A stretch of DNA of 64,000 nt from an uncultured virus (IMG/VR IMGVR_UViG_3300020048_000041) (Duplodnaviria; Heunggongvirae; Uroviricota; Caudoviricetes), in the IMG/VR virus record IMGVR_UViG_3300020048_000041. The stretch is one strand, 5' to 3'. This document shows positions 40,346 through 49,093 of this stretch, one piece after another. Each line of letters starts with the position of its first letter. The stretch's first letter is position 1. Both the position numbers and the translations under genes were made by a program. The notes beneath the pieces were generated by a model. The model was not told the DNA's origin. It was given only the letters and a program-made list of their open reading frames with translations, and did no database searches.

Positions 40346-40591
40346 TTATTTTAAATCAAACCGGTTTCTAATTCTTTTCGCGCATTCATCCACAATAAAT
40401 CCATCCGCTGTACCGTAATGTTCAGTTCCTGTTATAGACAAACATTGACCGATACATTCTTGAATAATCAACTTGGCAAACCTATCTATTATCTCTTGCG
40501 GTATACATGGTGTAGAATCTTCTGATATATCCCAGTTTTGTTTATATTCAGTAACCGATTGCTGTAATAATTCCAATACTTTATTATTCAT
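40346..40591 (-). CDS. Hypothetical protein (FAKLIIQEC family)
   Basis: Similar to 40863..41090. Confidence 0.7.
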   Translation of the reverse strand: MNNKVLELLQQSVTEYKQNWDISEDSTPCIPQEIIDRFAKLIIQECIGQCLSITGTEHYGTADGFIVDECAKRIRNRFDLK

Positions 40592-40863
40592 CGTTCAACT
40601 CCAAAATGTTTAGATATAATTTCTCTGCTGATTTTTAATGCTGTATCATCGAGAAAACGATCGTAATAATCTAAGTCGTCATATGAGTCAAAGGAATCGC
40701 TTGCGCTCATTGTTTTATCGCCCTCATTACAATTTTCTTTTTTAAGTTTGTATATTTGACATTCCAGCTGTTTAACATAAACATATATTGAATGCGGCAC
40801 TTTAAAATGCTCTGATAATTTAGTTTCTATATTCGTACAACATATAAAATATGAGAATGCCAT
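40588..40863 (-). CDS. Hypothetical protein
   Basis: Tiled ORF ending ISKHFGVER. Confidence 0.6.
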   Translation of the reverse strand: MAFSYFICCTNIETKLSEHFKVPHSIYVYVKQLECQIYKLKKENCNEGDKTMSASDSFDSYDDLDYYDRFLDDTALKISREIISKHFGVER

Positions 40864-41090
40864 CAGTTTACTCCAAAGTGTTCTTTAACGTACCTAATAA
40901 TCTCCGTTGGTTCTTCTGGATGAATTCTGTAGATGGGATTTTTCCATCCATTTTGTAATATAACCGTACAGCATTCTTGGATAATCGATTCAGCATACTT
41001 TTCAACGTCCCGAGTCAAGTTAGAAGTATTCCATCCGTCATCATCAAGTAATTTAACTTGGTATGCAATTTCTTTAATTTTATCTTTCAT
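40863..41090 (-). CDS. Hypothetical protein (FAKLIIQEC family)
   Basis: MKDKIKEIA...EKYAESIIQECC...VKEHFGVN. Confidence 0.7.
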   Translation of the reverse strand: MKDKIKEIAYQVKLLDDDGWNTSNLTRDVEKYAESIIQECCTVILQNGWKNPIYRIHPEEPTEIIRYVKEHFGVN

Positions 41091-41102
41091 AATTCTTTCT
41101 CC

Positions 41103-41399
41103 CTATAGTTTAGCAAGAGCATTTAATACTCTTTTTGAACCACCAGATTTATTCATAACAAATAAACCGTTAGACATCGCAGATACGGCACCAATACCGC
41201 CGCCGTCAGTTCCCCAAATGCTACCAGGAGAGGTTTGTGGTAATAAACCAAGAATAGAGTAGTATTCCATATCAGCGGTTACAAATTCTTCTCTGCCGCT
41301 AATAGGTTTTTTGATGGTCAAAATAGGACCGCGAACTTCAACAGTCCAACCTAAACGAACAGCGGTTTCTTTAATAGAAAGGGCAACTTCTTTACTCAT
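41103..41399 (-). CDS. Hypothetical early protein
   Basis: SD GGAG; GSIWGTDGGGIG motif. Confidence 0.75.
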   Translation of the reverse strand: MSKEVALSIKETAVRLGWTVEVRGPILTIKKPISGREEFVTADMEYYSILGLLPQTSPGSIWGTDGGGIGAVSAMSNGLFVMNKSGGSKRVLNALAKL

Positions 41400-41401
41400 C
41401 T

Positions 41402-41477
41402 TACACACTCCAAATAATTTAATTACGGTTTAACTTCATTACGATCTATTATACTACTAATTTTGGAAAAGTAAAGC
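41402..41477 (-). promoter_or_regulatory. Early promoter plus conserved leader
   Basis: GCTTTACTTT...TATAATAGATCGTAATGAAGTTAAACCG...TTTGGAGTGT. Confidence 0.85.
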
Positions 41478-41483
41478 TTTATT

Positions 41484-41819
41484 TTAAATTATTTTCAACA
41501 TACCCTTGATTCGAAATGTTTTATTTTGTTTTTCTAGAACGTATGGGCAATTTTCTGAATTGAAATCTCTACTAAACCATCCTTCAACAAAAAATTTATT
41601 AGTGTCAAAAAATTTTCCAAACTGGTCAAATACAACCACTGCTTCTCCACAAATTTTGATTTGGTTAACACCAGCATAAGTTTTTACATCCACTATTCTA
41701 ACGATATCGCCGGTACTTAGTAAGTCACCGTTTGAATCTTTCATGTTGGTTAAAATACCAACATGACAATAATCCATCCATTTACCACCGCCACATAAAG
41801 TTTGTATCATTTTCATCAT
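41484..41819 (-). CDS. YopX-like hypothetical protein
   Basis: T.MKDSNG..L..GDIV resembles YopX TGLKDKNG.EIYEGDIV; SD GGAG before 41819. Confidence 0.5.
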   Translation of the reverse strand: MMKMIQTLCGGGKWMDYCHVGILTNMKDSNGDLLSTGDIVRIVDVKTYAGVNQIKICGEAVVVFDQFGKFFDTNKFFVEGWFSRDFNSENCPYVLEKQNKTFRIKGMLKII

Positions 41820-41821
41820 AC

Positions 41822-41891
41822 TCTCCAAATAATTCATTAAGGTTTTACTTCATTAAGATCTATTATACTCGATTATTTTTAAAAGTAAAGC
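41822..41891 (-). promoter_or_regulatory. Early promoter plus conserved leader
   Basis: GCTTTACTTT...TATAATAGATCTTAATGAAGTAAAACCTTAATGAATTATTTGGAG. Confidence 0.85.
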
Positions 41892-41927
41892 TTTTTTTAA
41901 TTATTTTTAAAATAAATTTTTGGCGTG

Positions 41928-41951
41928 AAAAAGCCGACATATAGCCGGCTT
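41928..41951 (-). terminator. Intrinsic terminator
   Basis: AAGCCG...CGGCTT hairpin plus T-tract; same family at 47812, 61784, 63682. Confidence 0.75.
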
Positions 41952-41955
41952 GATT

Positions 41956-42426
41956 TTATTTATTGTTAAATTTGTCGGCTAATGCCTTTAATCTAATTTC
42001 GCCTTCTTCTTTGCTTATTTTTCCAGTTGCTACCAAATTTTTGATGCCCCAAGATTTAACGATAGCTCCCGTTGCTGAATTTTGAAAGTCTTTATGTGCC
42101 TTTTCCTTTGCAGCCAGTTCTTTTTCTTTTCTTTGCTCTTCTGCTGTTTTCCCAAATTTATCACCTACAGTTTCAATTCCTAGTTGTTTAGCTAACGTTT
42201 CAGTCATACCAACAACCATACCGTTTTTAATTGTAAGCTTTTTTCCATCTACTCTAGAACCTTTAGGAAAATTTGGGTGCTCAATAGAATAGTCGCCCCA
42301 ATCTGGGTCTTTTGTTGCTTTTAACGGCGTTACTATTTGTACATTTCCCTGTTTCAATTTAACGGGTTTGACTTGTTCATTTAAATGTCCAGTAAATTCT
42401 TTATAACTTAACATATATTCCTCCAT
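41956..42426 (-). CDS. Probable internal head protein
   Basis: Late promoter upstream; N-terminal MLSYKEF..HLNE like T4 internal-protein leader. Confidence 0.55.
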   Translation of the reverse strand: MEEYMLSYKEFTGHLNEQVKPVKLKQGNVQIVTPLKATKDPDWGDYSIEHPNFPKGSRVDGKKLTIKNGMVVGMTETLAKQLGIETVGDKFGKTAEEQRKEKELAAKEKAHKDFQNSATGAIVKSWGIKNLVATGKISKEEGEIRLKALADKFNNK

Positions 42427-42443
42427 AAAATATTATTTAAAAC

Positions 42444-42480
42444 AAAAAAAGCCGCTCTACCAATTAAGATAGAGCGGCTT
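42444..42480 (-). terminator. Terminator of gp32
   Basis: AAGCCGCTCTA/TAGAGCGGCTT stem plus T-tract. Confidence 0.85.
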
Positions 42481-42498
42481 AACTAATCCTTTTAAGGA

Positions 42499-43428
42499 TT
42501 ATCCGGCGGCGGCAATTCTAGCAAAATATGCCATTACGTCTTCATCATCATCGTCAGACTTTGAAGCCGCAACAGGCGCTGGAGCTGACGCAGTCATATA
42601 AGATGAAGCAGATTCAACCTTAACCGGTGCTTCAGCGTAAGAATTAGTCATAGAGTTCGCGTTAGGTACAGCTGGCGAATCAGGATTAATAACTGAATTT
42701 AATTTTCTAGATAATTCTTCATAAGTTTTAAAGTTAGAAGGCGCTAAAAAGTCATTCAGCTGATATTGTGCATTTACAGCAGCAACAAGTTTGGCTTCGT
42801 CACCACCGAATAATTCGGATGGTTCAGCAAAAACTGATTGGTCATAATTAGGATAACCTTCAACGGTACGGATACGCAATTTAAAATTAGCGCCTTCCCA
42901 TAAATCAAACACATTCACTGGTTTATCATCAGCAAAGGTTGGTTTTGCTTTATCCATAATTTTGTCAAAAATCTTTTTACCAAATTTAAAGATAAACACT
43001 CTGCCGTTATTAGCAGGATTAGCTGGATCGTCAAGAACTACGATATTTGCAAAGTATTGTAGGCGGCGTTTTCTAGCACGTGCTAACTCTTTATCCTTTT
43101 CATTACCGGTATTCCATAATGCTGTATTAGAAATAGAAACGGGATCTTCCTGACCAATAGTGGTTAATGAATTTTCAATAAACCATTTACCGGTTGGTCC
43201 TTGAAAACCATGATTATAGATTTTCACCCAAGGTAAATCATCACCCTCTTTTTTAGGTAAAAAACGAATAACAGCTGAACCGTTGCCAGCTTTATCACGA
43301 GTCAACTTCCAGTAACGTTCATCATCACTATTGTTAGTTTGTGGATTAACGATTTTTTCCATTTCAGCGGTAATAGCGCCGAAGTCAGCATTACGCATTT
43401 TTCTTAAAGATTCGATATTGATTGTCAT
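42499..43428 (-). CDS. gp32: Single-stranded DNA-binding protein gp32
   Basis: DERYWK...DKAGNG.AVIRFLP; HGFQGPTGKWFIENSLTT; FKFGKKIFDKI; GANFKLRIR; acidic tail. Confidence 0.97.
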   Translation of the reverse strand: MTINIESLRKMRNADFGAITAEMEKIVNPQTNNSDDERYWKLTRDKAGNGSAVIRFLPKKEGDDLPWVKIYNHGFQGPTGKWFIENSLTTIGQEDPVSISNTALWNTGNEKDKELARARKRRLQYFANIVVLDDPANPANNGRVFIFKFGKKIFDKIMDKAKPTFADDKPVNVFDLWEGANFKLRIRTVEGYPNYDQSVFAEPSELFGGDEAKLVAAVNAQYQLNDFLAPSNFKTYEELSRKLNSVINPDSPAVPNANSMTNSYAEAPVKVESASSYMTASAPAPVAASKSDDDDEDVMAYFARIAAAG

Positions 43429-43493
43429 ATTATTTCCTTTATTTACGATAGATTACGATGTATTTACGATTAGTCAACTGCCCTAACTTTCAT

Positions 43494-43522
43494 ATTATAC
43501 GTTAATACACTATGAAAGTAAA
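43494..43522 (-). promoter_or_regulatory. gp32 promoter
   Basis: TTTACT-N17-TATAAT. Confidence 0.75.
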
Positions 43523-44091
43523 CTTGATTGTCGATAAACATTTTTCAGTTTATCTAAATCATATTCAACGAATCCGGACAGTTTTTTGATTCGAAGAAAT
43601 TCTTTTTGAAACATTGGATATTCGATATCCAAAAACCCAAACATTTTATTTAATATGTTCATGGTTTCAATAGTAATAAAGCCGCCCATAAACATTCTGA
43701 ACGTTAATGGTATTTCACCATCTTTAAATTCAAACAGGTTTGTTTCACCTTTATCTAGTTCCCATTCAATTTTAGCAAGATCGTCTTTAAAGACGTTAGT
43801 CAAGCTTTGTTTGCGTTTTAGAAAAAGTAAGTAATTATCAACGCACCCATCATCAATAGCATAAATAAAATTAGGATACCCATAAGCAATATTAGCCGCC
43901 GTGAACTGGATAACTTCCATGTCAGATTTAAAGTATTTGCTAACAGCTTCAAACAATTTATAATCCTTTCTGCTCAAATATGCCGAATAGCTTGTTTTTG
44001 TTTTGCCCTTATTAGCAAACACATCATAATTATTTGACGTGAAATGTAGCTTTATAGAACTGTAATATTGATAAATCTGATACCCGTTCAT
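43510..44091 (-). CDS. gp59: Helicase loader gp59
   Basis: Y..Y..IKLHFT...YD...GK......Y..RKD...F; I.IET..IL; adjacent to gp32. Confidence 0.85.
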   Translation of the reverse strand: MNGYQIYQYYSSIKLHFTSNNYDVFANKGKTKTSYSAYLSRKDYKLFEAVSKYFKSDMEVIQFTAANIAYGYPNFIYAIDDGCVDNYLLFLKRKQSLTNVFKDDLAKIEWELDKGETNLFEFKDGEIPLTFRMFMGGFITIETMNILNKMFGFLDIEYPMFQKEFLRIKKLSGFVEYDLDKLKNVYRQSSLLS

Positions 44092-44306
44092 TATACGTCC
44101 AGAGTAGCAACTTTAGGCAACATACCGTTTGCGACAAATTCGTTTTCTAGTTTACCCCGAATAGAGCGATTAAGCATAGGCACAACATCTACTACATCAA
44201 GATAATGCTCTTCGCAATATTCGAGGATAATATCTAGCACAGGTTTTTTAGTTACAGCTGATTTAGTTTCAATAAAAATTGAGAATTCATTAGATGTTTT
44301 AAACAT
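44091..44306 (-). CDS. gp33: Late transcription coactivator gp33
   Basis: FS.FIE......LD.ILEYCEE..LD...V...L...I..KLE.E; start at MFKT (SD GGAG). Confidence 0.8.
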   Translation of the reverse strand: MFKTSNEFSIFIETKSAVTKKPVLDIILEYCEEHYLDVVDVVPMLNRSIRGKLENEFVANGMLPKVATLDV

Positions 44307-44329
44307 AAGTTCTCCATTACAAAAATACA

Positions 44330-44360
44330 ATTATAACTTATTTTAGTCTAAAAGTAAAGC
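44330..44360 (-). promoter_or_regulatory. Early promoter for gp33-gp59
   Basis: GCTTTACTTT...TATAAT. Confidence 0.8.
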
Positions 44361-44361
44361 G

Positions 44362-44847
44362 TCACGCCCGTTCTTTATAAAACCCATGTTGCCCGACTTT
44401 AGTTACTAAGGCAATTCTCATTTGTTTGACGTATTTAAGTTCGTTATCTTTAAAGAAAAACAACGAGCCTTTTGATACATCTCTAAGTTCATGATTATAA
44501 ATCATTCTGGCTAGGTAATAACTGTCAAATCTTTCTTTTCCCGTTTTAGGGATAGGCGGTAAATTCATACATGCCCATGAGAATTGACAAATTAGCCTTC
44601 CATGTTTATGTCCCTTTTGGTGAACCACTTCACATACAGTTTTTGGAAAGGATTTATGACGTAACCGGTTCATTACCACTTGACCGACTAGGACTTTACC
44701 TACCAATGGTTCGGAACGAGATTCTCTAAAGATCGCGTCCCCCAAGCAATTGATTTCTGATTCAAGAAATTTACTTTCTTCATGTTTAGCGTAGACTGCA
44801 GTAGTTGACGATAACACAATTGCTGCTGATAATATTAGTTTTAACAC
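44362..44847 (-). CDS. SleB-like cell-wall hydrolase with signal peptide
   Basis: CL..AIF.ESRSEP..G...V.QVVMNR....FPKTVCEVVHQ...CQFSW. Confidence 0.88.
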   Translation of the reverse strand: MLKLILSAAIVLSSTTAVYAKHEESKFLESEINCLGDAIFRESRSEPLVGKVLVGQVVMNRLRHKSFPKTVCEVVHQKGHKHGRLICQFSWACMNLPPIPKTGKERFDSYYLARMIYNHELRDVSKGSLFFFKDNELKYVKQMRIALVTKVGQHGFYKERA

Positions 44848-44954
44848 AATTATTTTTCCTATTAGTTCAGAGTAAGCCGTACAACAATTAAGCTTACTCT
44901 TTACCCAAATCAGTATATAATGTTCTTACTGGTAATTTGGATTTGGTTATTTTC

Positions 44955-45608
44955 TCATTGACCAGTTGCTTTCCTAAAATCATCCCGACATTGTTTAGCG
45001 GATAACAACCAATTTTTAACAGGTTCCACGAATACTTGTGGATTCTCATCATCAACCGATATTAAAATAACAATTTGGTTTGCCGATAAGCCTGTTCTTT
45101 CTCTAAATGCTAAACTGTAAAAAGCCGCTTGTTGAAAATAGTTTGTGATCCATTCTTTACGTTTCAATTTCCCTGACGTTTTAAAATCAATTACTGATAA
45201 GACGCCATTATAGTCTGCTATACAATCAGCAGTACCCGCTACCTCTAACAAATCAGAATATAATCTGAGTTCATTACCGTGAATATTATCAATAGAATCT
45301 AGTAGAGGTTTCATAGATCTCCATGAATCTAAATCAAAATCTGACGGCGTTATCTCTTTATTGTTGAGATAGTCCTCACATAAAGAATGGATTCGTGTGC
45401 CCCGATTAGAAGCACGTGCGGATATTTTATCAGCTTCAGCATGTCCTACCTTATTCCTCCATTCGTTGATAGCACCCTTGGAAGCATGAGATGTCACCGA
45501 AGTCACTGAAGGATAACGTTTACCCTCCGGTGTTTGGTACCATCTTGAGCCGTTAACGTTAACCCGTGTCAACTGCGTTATTTCAGGATGTGCTATATGT
45601 GTTTTCAA
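44955..45608 (-). CDS. PD-(D/E)XK exonuclease
   Basis: YPSVTSV; RGTRIH...E.YL; AGTADCIA......VIDFKTS; YFQQ...Y. Confidence 0.85.
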   Translation of the reverse strand: MKTHIAHPEITQLTRVNVNGSRWYQTPEGKRYPSVTSVTSHASKGAINEWRNKVGHAEADKISARASNRGTRIHSLCEDYLNNKEITPSDFDLDSWRSMKPLLDSIDNIHGNELRLYSDLLEVAGTADCIADYNGVLSVIDFKTSGKLKRKEWITNYFQQAAFYSLAFRERTGLSANQIVILISVDDENPQVFVEPVKNWLLSAKQCRDDFRKATGQ

Positions 45609-45892
45609 TTTAACCTACTTTTGTCAAAAACTGCTTCAAAATTAACTGTCTTAATATCAATGACAGAATAAATAACGATTTCAGTTGCGATATCTTTAAT
45701 ATGAGAAAATGTCAAATAAAGTTTTCGTAAGGCGTTAATCAATGCGTCTTCATCTTCAGATAAAAACTCTTCATTGCCTTGATACGTTATCTTATCATTT
45801 TTCATAATTTCTTGAATGACAAAATCCTTATCACAACCAGGAATATCATTATTATAATATATTGACATGACAAAGTAAAGTGGTTTTTCCAT
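45605..45892 (-). CDS. Hypothetical protein
   Basis: 95-aa tiled ORF. Confidence 0.65.
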   Translation of the reverse strand: MEKPLYFVMSIYYNNDIPGCDKDFVIQEIMKNDKITYQGNEEFLSEDEDALINALRKLYLTFSHIKDIATEIVIYSVIDIKTVNFEAVFDKSRLN

Positions 45893-45908
45893 AATATATA
45901 ATCCCTTT

Positions 45909-46154
45909 TTATAGTTTAGCTGTTCTGTCTAAACATGAACCTGCGGTTCTGGAATGAATCTTATTCAATACTTCTTTGAATCCACCATCTACCTTTCGAG
46001 TAGCATCAAGTCGGGTTGGATCAATAACTTTTGGCGTTCCAATAACAACATCCAGTTCAGGGTGCTCAAGTTTGTATGCGTCTAATTTGCTGATAGACAT
46101 AAACACTTCAATTGTTTCAGCAGTTTCTTTGTTCTTAAAAGTATAGAACGGCAT
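45909..46154 (-). CDS. FmdB-like small regulatory protein
   Basis: MPFYTFKN..T.E..E.FMSIS...Y...HP...D.GFKEVL.KI. Confidence 0.7.
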   Translation of the reverse strand: MPFYTFKNKETAETIEVFMSISKLDAYKLEHPELDVVIGTPKVIDPTRLDATRKVDGGFKEVLNKIHSRTAGSCLDRTAKL

Positions 46155-46155
46155 A

Positions 46156-46698
46156 TTAAATCTCAGTTAAGTAAAAAGCAAACGCGCCGTCTTTAACACG
46201 TTTTGCCGACCGATTTTTCTTCACGAAATCAATGACCCATGCTTTATCATCATCTACTCTAGAAGCAGACCACCATTCACCAATACCGAATGAATCTTTA
46301 GCCTGCATATAAACCTTTGAAATAATATCTTTATCAGGTAACACGTTACCATTGGAATCTGCCCAGTCATAAGCCGTTTGCCAATTTAATAAGCCGTTAG
46401 AAACGGTCACACCAAATAGTTTATCATCTAATCTGATTTGAAATTTATGGCTTGGAATTTCAACGACTTCAGGCGTTTCAGCTACAACTGGTTCTTCAAT
46501 AACAACTTCTTCAATAACAACTTCTTCTACAACAATTTGTTCCGGTTCAATAGTTTCAACTTGAACCTCTTCAACAACAACTTCTTCAACCGGCGCTACC
46601 GTTTCTGGTGCTGTTGTTGTTGTAATTTCAACTGTATCATCAACAGTAGTAATATCAACGATTGCGTTTTGTACACTTTTTTTAGATGGTCTTTTCAT
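46156..46698 (-). CDS. Glu/Val-rich repeat protein with DUF1566-like C-terminal domain
   Basis: EEVVIEE repeats; NWQTA..WA....LP......WWSAS....KAW.IDF. Confidence 0.6.
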   Translation of the reverse strand: MKRPSKKSVQNAIVDITTVDDTVEITTTTAPETVAPVEEVVVEEVQVETIEPEQIVVEEVVIEEVVIEEPVVAETPEVVEIPSHKFQIRLDDKLFGVTVSNGLLNWQTAYDWADSNGNVLPDKDIISKVYMQAKDSFGIGEWWSASRVDDDKAWVIDFVKKNRSAKRVKDGAFAFYLTEI

Positions 46699-46737
46699 TT
46701 TGTTTCCTTTTTAACGTAATTCAATTTTATATAGGCA

Positions 46738-46796
46738 ATTATAAACTATAATATGTCAAAAGTAAAGTAAAAAAAGCCAGCTTATTAGGCTGGCTT
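46738..46796 (-). promoter_or_regulatory. Terminator hairpin followed by early promoter
   Basis: AAAGCCAGC/GCTGGCTTT hairpin abutting TTTACT-N17-TATAAT. Confidence 0.75.
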
Positions 46797-46802
46797 TATC
46801 AA

Positions 46803-47309
46803 TTAAATGGATTTGTACACCCTGTAATTTATTTCATTAAGACTTGCCATATGCGAGAAGTTGAGTTTTAATTTTTCAGCCACCCTAACAGATGCTATAT
46901 TTTTCTCATCAACATGGTAAAATATTTTCGGATAAAGTTTAAGAAACTCTCTACAAGCTTTATAGCCTATTCCTTTATTTCGATATTCATCTAGTATAAC
47001 AATAGAACCTATCTTATACCAATTATCCCCGTCTAGTTTAAAGGTTTCTTTTTCAGAATCAATAAATGATTTTTTGGGAAAACTTAACCCTACAGGAATT
47101 CCATCTTGATAAATAACCATCATCTTCATTTCATGCGAATTAATTCTTCTATTTAATAATGTAGATTGTAATTTGTATTCCAATACATTATCTGGAATAT
47201 ATCTTATTCTATCGAACCAATCCCTACCGGTAAACTCTGACTCAAACATACTTCTATAAATCGGTAAAAATCGTGAATCATAATCATATGTAAACTCAAT
47301 TGTTACCAT
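46803..47309 (-). CDS. GNAT-family acetyltransferase
   Basis: EYRNKGIG and N.AS.RVAEKL motifs; start MVTIEF with SD GAGGT. Confidence 0.75.
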   Translation of the reverse strand: MVTIEFTYDYDSRFLPIYRSMFESEFTGRDWFDRIRYIPDNVLEYKLQSTLLNRRINSHEMKMMVIYQDGIPVGLSFPKKSFIDSEKETFKLDGDNWYKIGSIVILDEYRNKGIGYKACREFLKLYPKIFYHVDEKNIASVRVAEKLKLNFSHMASLNEINYRVYKSI

Positions 47310-47334
47310 ATACACCTCGTGTAGATTATGAATC

Positions 47335-47760
47335 CTACAATTTGATATGTGATTTAGATATTCGACATTGAATTTGCCCGTTATACCATAAATCAGGATG
47401 CTCAAGTACCTCATGTTGAAATTGCAACTTTGCTTCAAGGTAACTCATCATTCCTTTTGTTTTAATCAAATGTAGGATTTCCCTTTTAAAATTATCTTTC
47501 CCTAACAGTTCAACATCATTTTTCAATTCTATAGAACTGGAATAATAATCTTTCCAATCTGATTCACTGGTTTTTTTGACTCTTTTCTTTTTCTTTTCGC
47601 CACTTTTTAGGGTGACAGTTTTCATAGATGAAGTAAAAGAGTAAAATTGTTTTTTCCCGATATAGCGCCGCCCGTTAGTCAAGTTCGTTATCAAATATAC
47701 GAATCCAATTGCATCGCCGATGTTTTCAGAAATGAATTCCTTTTCATTGTAATGCCACAT
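47335..47760 (-). CDS. Conserved GIY-YIG-fold protein
   Basis: GFVYLITNLTNGRRYIGKK; ESDWKDYYSSS; FKREIL; YLEAK.QF. Confidence 0.8.
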   Translation of the reverse strand: MWHYNEKEFISENIGDAIGFVYLITNLTNGRRYIGKKQFYSFTSSMKTVTLKSGEKKKKRVKKTSESDWKDYYSSSIELKNDVELLGKDNFKREILHLIKTKGMMSYLEAKLQFQHEVLEHPDLWYNGQIQCRISKSHIKL

Positions 47761-47811
47761 AATATATTATCTCCTCAAATAATATATTTAGTGGTGCTGA
47801 ATTTTTGGTGT

Positions 47812-47836
47812 AAAAAAGCCGGCAATTACGCCGGCT
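47812..47836 (-). terminator. Intrinsic terminator
   Basis: AGCCGGC/GCCGGCT hairpin plus T-tract. Confidence 0.75.
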
Positions 47837-47842
47837 ATCTAT

Positions 47843-48199
47843 TTATGCGTTAGGAGGAGGTAATATTTTGCGTTTAACCAATGTTCTTAATATATCTAAA
47901 TTGGCTGTTTGTCTACCATTTTTAGGTCCATTTTCTATTACTGAATTTTTTGTTATCATTTGGTCAATAACGGTTTGAATATCTTTTTTATGTTCATTAC
48001 CACAAGTTTTAGTTAGATATTTTAACAACTCTTTTTTGTAAATATCTTTATCTCCTTGTGATGTACTAGTATTAGTCCATTTTGGATATAAAGCATCCAT
48101 ATCTGATAATAACCTAGCACCTTGTTCTGCTCCAGTTTCTTCGTTTAAAAACGATTCCATTACAATTCGTTTAAAATCTTCATAAAATTCATTCGTCAT
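47843..48199 (-). CDS. Probable internal head protein
   Basis: N-terminal FYEDFKRIVMESFLNE; late promoter at 48558. Confidence 0.55.
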   Translation of the reverse strand: MTNEFYEDFKRIVMESFLNEETGAEQGARLLSDMDALYPKWTNTSTSQGDKDIYKKELLKYLTKTCGNEHKKDIQTVIDQMITKNSVIENGPKNGRQTANLDILRTLVKRKILPPPNA

Positions 48200-48525
48200 A
48201 ATTCACACTTTAAAGCTGATTCCATAACAGACATTTTAAAGTCTTCAAACCCTAATCTTTCGTAACCTTCTTCAAGAGCTTTTTTATCTTTAGCTTTCAT
48301 GTCCCAATAATAGTCAACTTGTTTAGAATTAAATTTTGCGTATATTAATCTAGTTATAATAGCTTCTTTTCCGCCGGCTTCACCCATAGTTTTTGCTGTG
48401 GCTTGTACTCTGCTCATAGAGTTATTATTACGCAATAAAGTTTCAGTATCAGCCTTTTTCCAAGACTTATATGCTTTATGGATTTGTTTCAATTCTCTCA
48501 TATCTGGTGTAAATTCTTTAGTCAT
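48196..48525 (-). CDS. Hypothetical (probable head-packaged) protein
   Basis: C-terminal LGFEDFKMSVMES motif shared with 55129 and 47843. Confidence 0.6.
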   Translation of the reverse strand: MTKEFTPDMRELKQIHKAYKSWKKADTETLLRNNNSMSRVQATAKTMGEAGGKEAIITRLIYAKFNSKQVDYYWDMKAKDKKALEEGYERLGFEDFKMSVMESALKCEL

Positions 48526-48572
48526 TTTGTGTTCCTTTTTTAAAATATAGTAATAACTATTTAGTTAAAATC

Positions 48573-48633
48573 ATTATACTATAAATTGTACCAAAAGTAA
48601 AGGGGCAAACTAATAAAAGTTCACCCCTTTTTT
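48573..48633 (-). promoter_or_regulatory. Hairpin plus early promoter
   Basis: AAAGGGG...CCCCTTT hairpin overlapping TTTACT-N17-TATAAT. Confidence 0.65.
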
Positions 48634-48635
48634 GA

Positions 48636-48809
48636 TTATGGCTTAGTCATATGCGCAACCCTATTTCGAATTTTATTCTTATCTTTAGGTCGTTGGCTCT
48701 TATCATATAGAGCGGCAAGTTGTGTTAAATTTAATAACTTAAGACGAGGTTTCCCGTTTTTAGTTAATAATGGATTCGCTTTTCTGCTACCTTTGCTTAC
48801 TGCTGCCAT
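48636..48809 (-). CDS. Small basic protein (57 aa, not in ORF track)
   Basis: SD AGGAG; MAAVSKGSRKANPLLTKNGKPRLKLLNL... Confidence 0.7.
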   Translation of the reverse strand: MAAVSKGSRKANPLLTKNGKPRLKLLNLTQLAALYDKSQRPKDKNKIRNRVAHMTKP

Positions 48810-48828
48810 AATGTACTCCTAATGTTAA

Positions 48829-48981
48829 TTAATCTTCAAATTCAAAATCATCATCGTCTTGTAATAACGGTGACCCACATACGGGACAAATCGCTATGTC
48901 GTTTAACGTTATTTCTTTTGTTTTAATACTTATTTTTCCGCTTGACTCGCAATGGTCACAGTCGAACTGTTTTGTTGTCAT
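48829..48981 (-). CDS. Small Zn-ribbon protein (50 aa, not in ORF track)
   Basis: SD AAGGA; CDHC...CPVCG with acidic tail. Confidence 0.75.
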   Translation of the reverse strand: MTTKQFDCDHCESSGKISIKTKEITLNDIAICPVCGSPLLQDDDDFEFED

Positions 48982-49017
48982 CTAAATTCCTTTTTGTTAC
49001 CGCAAATTTTATTTATT

Positions 49018-49025
49018 TATAAATA
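49018..49025 (+). promoter_or_regulatory. Late promoter TATAAATA
   Basis: Exact T4 late consensus upstream of the endonuclease gene. Confidence 0.7.
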
Positions 49026-49093
49026 TTAAGGGTGTTACTCGCGGACGGCAATCCCAGTAACTCTAACCATTCTAACAGTAAAAAGGATCTACT

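Noticed and set aside
44870..44900. Hairpin AGAGTAAGC/GCTTACTCT upstream of the SleB-like gene as a translational lock
   Set aside because: It does not overlap the SD or start codon, so no function can be supported
44955..45608. Cas4 as evidence for a CRISPR system
   Set aside because: Lacks the Fe-S cysteine set, matches the ordinary T4-like exonuclease, and there is no array or other cas gene
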